From the NCBI RefSeq assembly GCF_009914755.1, contig NC_060933.1: a stretch of 64,000 bases of DNA. One strand, 5' to 3'. Both the position numbers and the translations under genes were made by a program. This document shows, piece after piece, positions 53,577 to 64,000 of the stretch. The stretch comes from the human T2T-CHM13v2.0 reference genome, Homo sapiens. Below the pieces are notes generated by a model. The model was given only the letters and a program-made list of their open reading frames with translations, had not been told where the DNA came from and did no database searches. Position 1 is the first letter of the stretch; every line of letters starts with the position of its first letter.

Positions 53577-55993
53577 TGCAGTAAGACTGAACAATGGTTT
53601 CTAAAGTTCTAATGGTGTTTAACCTCTGGAACCTGAAATGTTACCGATATGGGAACATGTTCTTTGCATATCTGCAAATTAAAAATCTTGAGATGAAGAG
53701 GTCCTCCTGGATTTCTGGTGGGACGGAATGCAGTCACATGTATCCTTATAAGAGGAAAACAGAGGGAGATTTGACCACACATCTGAGAGATTAGAATGCT
53801 ATAGCCACAAGCCAAGTTAGCCACCAGAAGCTGAAAAAGACAAGGAATGGATTCTCTCCTACTGACGCTGATTTTGACTGATACTGATTTTAAATTTCTC
53901 TGTTTTTAAACCACTGAGCTTGTTATAATTTATTACACTAGCCACAGGAAAGTAATAGAGATTTTGGTACAGGATATGGTGTGCTGCTGTAACAGATACC
54001 TGGGATTAGATAATTGGTGGAGGCTAGAGGAATTTTGAAGTGCACAGTGGAATTATGGATGTTAAAGGCATTTCTGGTGAGGGGTCCGAAGGAAGTGAGG
54101 AGCATATTAGAGCCTATAAATATATAGTCTTTGATAATACATATATTGTTATAAGCAAAATGTACATGTAGGAATATTGTTAAAGGTGCTGGTGAAGACT
54201 TCGAAGGAAATAAGGAACATGATATTGGGAACTGGAGAAAGGTTATCCTTGTTATATTGTGGTGGAAACTTAGCTGCACAATTGTTTGCCACAGTTGTGT
54301 GGAAAGCATAACTTGTGATCAGTGAATGTGGATGTTTTTGCTGAGGAAATTTCCAAGCAAAGTGTTCCAGGTACAGCCTGGTTTCTTCCTGATGCTTATA
54401 ATAAAGTGCAAGAGGAAAGAGTTAAATTGAGGGAATAAATGCTACTAACCAAACAAATAAAACCCCTCAAAACCAGGACTCAATCATTTGGGAAATTCTC
54501 AGCCTATTGAGATTGCAAAGTTGATAAAACTGAGATTCACTCTGGAGAGAAGTGAGGGTGTGACTGGTCAACTTTTCCTAGTGTTGAAGGGATTGGATGT
54601 TTGACTCCTGGATCCATTCAATTGTTATAGCAGAAGCCAGGGATAGAGAGGAGGTTATACAAGAAAGATCTGTGGAAGACTCTCTTTGCCTAGTGACATG
54701 GATTGCTGTGCATACACAGGAGACCCACTGGGGATTTGGAAATATTAAATCAGAAGAAACACTGCCAGCTTGGACTGAAAGGAGAAAGACAGGATTAAAT
54801 GAAAGAAGGCTGTCAGACTTTTAAAATTCTGCATGCCAGAATCAGGCTGATAAAACTGCTCAGCTGCAAACATATGCTTGAAAAAGAAAGGAAAAGGAAG
54901 AATGACTTCATGGTAGGAGCTACAGGCCTAGAGGCCTGTGGCCAGGCCCATAGGCTGGATTCAGGTGCAGAGGTCAGAACCACCAATGTAGAGGTTGAAG
55001 CTGTGGACTCACCTCAAGCCACAGAAGATTATTCCCAGGCTTTGAATCCTAATGGAATTTGCCCTTCTGGATTTCAAAATGGCTTGGGACTGTTGAACCT
55101 TTTTCCTCCTCTTTTCTCCCTTTTGGAATGGCAATATCTTTAACTGTTATTCAATGCTTATTTCACCATTGCATTTTGGAAGCAGATAACTTGTTTGCTA
55201 GTTTCAGAGGAAACTAATATAGTAAGCATAAGAATTTTCTAAATGCATTCTAATCTTTTAAACAAATCCATACTCCAATTTAAAATGGACTTCTTCCTAA
55301 ATTTAAGCCCTTCTCCAATGCCTTGCCCCAGTGCATTTTCTATGAAATCCTTGTTCCTTAGACTCAACCCTTAAGAGAATACAATCCAAAATGGTAGATG
55401 TGTATGCCAAGGTGATGCGCATAATGAGCCACTGTGGTGCAGAAAACAAACAGTGAGAAAGAAAGAGTAGCAGAATAACCTTAAAACAGATATAATTCCA
55501 TGTTTTTATCTTATCCTTTTAAATTTTTAATTTTGTGTACATTTTATAATACAGTTACACATATAATTTCCAAATTAATTGATAACCATAATTTGGGAAT
55601 GTTGTAAAACTTTTTTTTTAACCAATAGGAATGTACAATCAAAAAGGTTTAGAGACCACCGTTCTAAAACATGACTGTTGGCGGTGCATTTGGTGGTCCC
55701 GCGGATCTGTTCCTTGCTTCAACAGTGTTTGGATGGAACAGATCTGGGGACTAAAGAAAAAAACAAAGAAGAAGAAAACAATAAAATAAAACATGACTGT
55801 TACCCAATCATATTGTTAAGCGAGATCCAGAACCTGAAAAAGACAAGGAATGGATTCTTTCTTAGAGTTTCTGGAAGTAGTGTGGCCCTACTGACACTTT
55901 GATTTTAACTGAGTGATACTGATTTTAGATTTTTCTATTTTAAGCCACTGAATTTGTTGTAATTTATTGCCATAGCCACAGGAAAGTAATACA
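53577..55993 (+). mobile_element. MLT1 (MaLR) provirus remnant: 5' LTR ~53577-53960, internal part to ~55220, partial 3' LTR ~55825-55993
   Basis: Two related LTR ends (CCAGAA.CTGAAAAAGACAAGGAATGGATTCT...GCCACAGGAAAGTAATA); internal part starts GATTTTGGTAC. Confidence 0.8.
55680..55786 (+). pseudogene. Mini-retrocopy of the FTL 5'UTR iron-responsive element with A-rich tail
   Basis: GGTCCCGCGGATCTGTTCCTTGCTTCAACAGTGTTTGGATGGAACAGATCTGGGGACT matches the FTL mRNA 5' end as I recall it. A-rich tail at 55753-55786. Direct repeats TAAAACATGACTGTT at 55665-55679 and 55787-55801. Confidence 0.9.
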
Positions 55994-57240
55994 AGTTTGG
56001 TCTGTTGTCCAAACCTCATCCTGCTTTGAACTCAGTCCTTAGCTTGCAATAATTAAATAAATAAAATAATAAAATGGCTTATAGGAACCTTTAGATTTGT
56101 CCTGTTTTGCAGTGTGGCATTCTTAGAGTTTATCATTTATCTTTTTTACTTGTAAGATAGAGAGTTAGACAATAATTTGTTACTGAGATATACTTTAAAT
56201 ATGTGGCAAATATATAACATGAAGTGATGCTTCTTATTTGGTAAATTAGCATCTTATTTTAGACTTTACAATTTAAGCATTAATATATTAGCTAAAAATA
56301 ATATGCTGTCCTGGAGTTAGCTAAATGATGGGCTGCAGATGGCTTTTATTGTTTTATGAGAACCAGTTGTGTACATCTCTCCTCTTCCATAGAGCACCCT
56401 GACATTGGCCATGATGTGAGTATTTACATCATGGAAATGGGCAAATGCTAAAAATCCGGGCTTTCTTTTCCTGCATTCCACCCTGTGAGCTTTTTAGCAC
56501 TGTAAGGTTTTTAAAGACTAATTCCAAATCATGCTATACAATGTGGAACTTTGAAATCCTTTATGAAAAAATTGTTATATACCCAAATATGTTTCAGAAA
56601 TATTGTGTATAGAAATGTACTCTTTTTGTTGGAGAGTCAGAATATGTATGGTTATTCTAAAATCTATAGTTTATGATGTGAAGAAAGGTATTTAACTTTG
56701 TATAACTCAGCATTTTCTTTTTTTTTATTTTTGCTAAGTTTAATTCCTTTATTTGACAAAAGACATCATAAATAAATACCAAAACCATGGGTTGGGATAA
56801 AATATTTATAATGGCTAAAACCAGCAAAGAATTCGTATGTAAAATATAATTTATATATAAAATCATAAATTAACAAGAAAAATATAAACAATAGAAGAAT
56901 GGATGAAGGCTGTGAACAATTTACAAAAGATAATCCTGAATAACTTGAAATTTATAGGAGTAAAAAATGAGACATGTTTTCATAGATTTTCTATTCTTTC
57001 AGTTGAATATGAGGAGTATATAGGAAGACAATAAATGAGTATTGTCAACCTGCCATTTTTAACTTAGAACGTGTTATTTTGCATCAATAATCTGAATATT
57101 TTTGCAAAGAATAGGATCGTAGCACTGTCTACGTATCCAAGTATGAAGGCATACTTGGGATGAATATATACTCAAGCTGCTTTTACTTTCCATCTAGTCC
57201 TAAGAAAAGATATTTATTGACTGTTTTAGCAATGTAATTT

Positions 57241-60610
<3,370 letters not shown>

Positions 60611-60751
60611 TTAAAGTGTTTTAACAAAACTCATTTTTGCATTACATCTATTAATAACCCATTAAGTTAATGTTTTGCAGTGCACTCTTTGAGAAAGTTA
60701 GAGATATGTCATATTTATTACTTGCTGATTTAAAATGTGTTTTATTTTCAG

Positions 60752-60869
60752 CCCTGCCAAGGTAACCCTGCTGGGGTCAGTTATCTTCACATTCCAGCAC
60801 ACCCAGCATCTGGCAATATCAAAGCATAATCTTATGTTCCTTTATACCATCTTTATTGTGGCCACAAAG
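60752..60869 (+). CDS. TMEM38B: TMEM38B coding exon 5 (final exon is outside the window)
   Basis: Acceptor tttcag|C, donor AAG|GTAAG, 118 nt. Encodes PAKVTLLGSVIFTFQHTQHLAISKHNLMFLYTIFIVATK. Cumulative CDS is 660 nt, in frame, with no stop. Confidence 0.96.
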
Positions 60870-61900
60870 GTAAGAATTCAAAGTACCTATAATTATTACA
60901 AATCCTGTATAACTATTCCCCTTTGATACAATTTTGCATGCTGGGCAAGTAAGAGGAACATTTATTTATTATTATTATCTAAGAGGAATAATTTGGGGAG
61001 CTTTACTCAGCACATCCATGACTTTCTGAAACTTAGCTTTTCTGTGATTTCTCATTTGCTTTATGCTAGGGCTATCAGGACACAGTGGCAGATAGCCTAG
61101 TAGTATATTGGAGAAGACAGAGTAGTGGAAATAGCCAAGGCTGATCAGAGACTGCGAAGATGATACTGTCTCATTTGTAAAATGAGGCACTTGAGATAGA
61201 TATTCTCTGAATTTCCTTTAAGCTCTAAAATTTCAAATATTTTATATTAGGACATATTTGTAGTCATTCTTTTCTATTACTATTGCCTGGTTGGAAGCTT
61301 TATTCCTTCCTGAAGATAGGTTAGAGACAGGCAGTCTTGGGTTCAAATCCCAGTTTTGCTGCCTAGTCCCTGAATAGGCAAGCCACTTAATGTCTCTGAA
61401 TCCTGATTTTCTCATCTTCATTGTATGATTGTTGAGAGGATTGGAGAGGATGCATGTCTTTCTGTCACTGTATCTCATGTATCTTACGAATTTTGTTTGC
61501 AGCTGTATCATGAGGCTAATTCTGACTGTTCATACCATGATTAAGTATTGTTCCCTATTCGCAAGTAGACAATTGATTTTGTAATAAGATTATTATTTAA
61601 GTCTAGAAAATTTTATGGCCACCTCTGTTTTAGACTAGATATTTTTGGCTAAAAACTTATCTACAGGATTTTTAAAAGGAAAACAGGATAGATTATATAA
61701 ATATGTGTCTTAGAATGAAGTCACTGTGTGAATCATTTATTTTTGTTTCAGTAGTCTCTGAATTGGAGATGATCTGTGGCTGTAATTCAGGTAACAAATA
61801 TTGGAGGCAAAATCTCTTCACATGTAGTCTCTTCCAGTCCTCAAATGTTGAGCCGTGTATATTTTTTTCTAACAGCTTTATTGAGATATATTTTCCATAC

Positions 61901-62254
61901 TGTGTTAGTCTGTTCTCATGCTGCTAATAAAGACATACCTGATACTGGGTAATTTATAAAGAAAAAGAAGTTTAAGGGACTCACATTTCCACATGGCTGG
62001 GGAGGCTTCACAATCATGGTGGAAGGTGGAGGAGGAGCAAAGGCACATCTTACATGGTGGCAGGCAAGAGAGCTTGTGCAGGGGAACTCCCATTTATAAA
62101 ACCATCAGATTTCGTGAGACTTACTATCCCAAGAACAGCACAGGAAAGACCCTCATGATTCAGTTACCTTCATCTGGCCCCGCCCTTGTACAATTCAAGG
62201 TGAGATTTGAGAGTGGAGATATGAGTGATGTATGGTTTGAGCCAAACCATATCA
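61901..62254 (-). mobile_element. THE1-type MaLR solo LTR inside an L1MB relic (~61860-63755)
   Basis: TGTGTTAGTCTGTTCTCATGCTGCTAATAAAGACATACC...CCAAACCATATCA. Confidence 0.85.
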
Positions 62255-63020
62255 CATATCATACAATGCACTTAAACTGTATAATTGAATAGTTTTTTAG
62301 TATATTCATGGATTTGTGCAATTATCACTACAAATCAGTATTAGAACATTTTTATCACTCCAAAAAGAAACATCGTATTCTTTAGAAGTCATTTCACATT
62401 TTCCCCAATACTTCCAGCTATAGGCCATTTTATTTATCCATTCATCAGTTGATGGACATTTTGATTGTGTCACTTTTTGGCTAATATGGATAATGAGCTG
62501 TGAACATTCATGTAAAAATTTTTGTGTGGACATGTGATTCATTTCTCTTGAGTATATCATCTGTGAATGGAATTTTTAGGCCATATGTTAATTCTGTTTA
62601 TCCTTTTGAGGAACTGATGCATTGTTTTCCAAAGTGGCTTTATCTTTTTATATTCCCACCAGCAATGTGTGAGATTTCCAATTTCACCACACCATTACTA
62701 GCGCATATTATTGTCTTTTTTATTATAGCCACCCTAGTGGGTGTGAAGTGGCATCTCACTGTGGTTTTGATGTACATCTGAGTATCTTTTTTGTGCTTGT
62801 TAGGTATTTGTATATCTTCTTTGGGAAAATATCTAGTCAGATCATTTGCCCATTTTCAATTTATATTTTGTTTTAGTGTTGAGTTGTAAAATTCTTTTCA
62901 TATTTTGGATACTAGAATCTTACCAGACTTAATGATTTGCAGATATTTTCTTCCATTCTGTAAGTTTTTTTTTTCACTGATAGTGCCCTTAGAAGCACAA
63001 ACTGGTAAAATTTTGTTGAA

Positions 63021-63315
63021 GGCCGGGCACAGTGGCTCACACCTATAATCCCAGCACTTTGGGAAGCTGAGGTGGGCAGATCACCTGAGGTCAGGAGTTT
63101 GAGACCAGACTAGCCAACATGGTGAAACCCCATCTCTACTAAAAATATAAAAATTAGTTGTGCGCGCCTGTAATCCCAGCTACTCAGGAGGCTGAGGCAG
63201 TAGAATCACTTGAACCAGGGAGGCAGAGGCTGCAGTGAGATGAGATTGTGCCACTGCACTCAAGCCTGGGCAACAGAGAAAGACTCTGTCTCAAAAAACA
63301 AAAAACAAAAAACAC
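63021..63315 (+). mobile_element. AluS
   Basis: Dimeric Alu. Confidence 0.92.
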
Positions 63316-63759
63316 ACATTTTTTTTATGAGTCCAATTTACCTATTTTCTCTTTTATTATGTATTCTTTGTGTGTCATAGCTAAGAAACCGTTGCCAAAT
63401 CTAAGGTCATGAAGATTTACCTCTATATTTTCTTCAAGAGTTTTATAGTTTTAGCTCTTGTATTTAGTTTTTATGATCTGTTTTGAGTTAAATTTTGTGT
63501 ATGGTATGACGAACAGTCCAAGTTTTCTCATGTGGATATATAGTTGTCTGAGCACTATTTATTGTAAAAACCGTTCTTTTCCTTTGTGAATTGCCTTTAC
63601 AATCTTGTCAAAAATCAGTTGACTGTAAATTTGAGGGTTTATTTCTAGATTCTCAATTTTATTCCATCCATATGTGTGCCTGTCCTTATGCTATTACCAT
63701 TACGTCTTAATTGTTGTAGCATTGTAGTTAGTTTTGAAATCAAGACGTGTGACTCTGGT

Positions 63760-64000
63760 AGGATCCAAGATGGCTGATTAGAAGCAGCTGTGGTCCATGG
63801 CACTCATGGAGAGAAGTGAAAAGGGGCAAGTGAATTCAGCACCTTCAACTGAAATAGCCAAGTTCTTGCATTGGGACTGTCTAGGCAGACAGCTTAACCC
63901 ATGGAGAAGGAAGAAAAGCAGTGGGGTGGGGGACCATGGCCCACCTGGGAGCAGCATGGGGCCAAAGGAACCCCCATTGCCAGCCAAGGGAAGCAGTGAG
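63760..64000 (+). mobile_element. 5' end (5'UTR) of an older primate L1, continuing beyond the window
   Basis: CCAAGATGGCTGATTAGAAGCAGC start with the YY1 core AAGATGGC, followed by CAGCACCTTCAACTGAAA. Confidence 0.7.

Overview
This is primate (most likely human) genomic DNA containing the CpG-island promoter and coding exons 1-5 of TMEM38B (TRIC-B, an ER monovalent cation channel) on the + strand. The last exon lies beyond the window. The five exons splice with GT-AG boundaries into one open frame of 660 nt. The introns are dense with Alu, L1, LTR and DNA transposon relics, and intron 2 holds an antisense processed pseudogene of SRSF10. Almost all other ORFs in the track are repeat-derived. 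The most unusual items I read directly from the sequence are: (1) a ~110-bp TSD-flanked, A-tailed retrocopy of only the ferritin light chain (FTL) 5' iron-responsive-element hairpin in intron 4; (2) an L1 carrying a ~510-bp 3' transduction next to exon 5; (3) a 75-bp locally templated insertion upstream of the gene; (4) mosaic shared variants among three neighbouring L1s, suggesting gene conversion; (5) several nested or inverted retrotransposon structures. I see no new protein-coding system. Repeat family names come from remembered consensus sequences and repeat boundaries are approximate.
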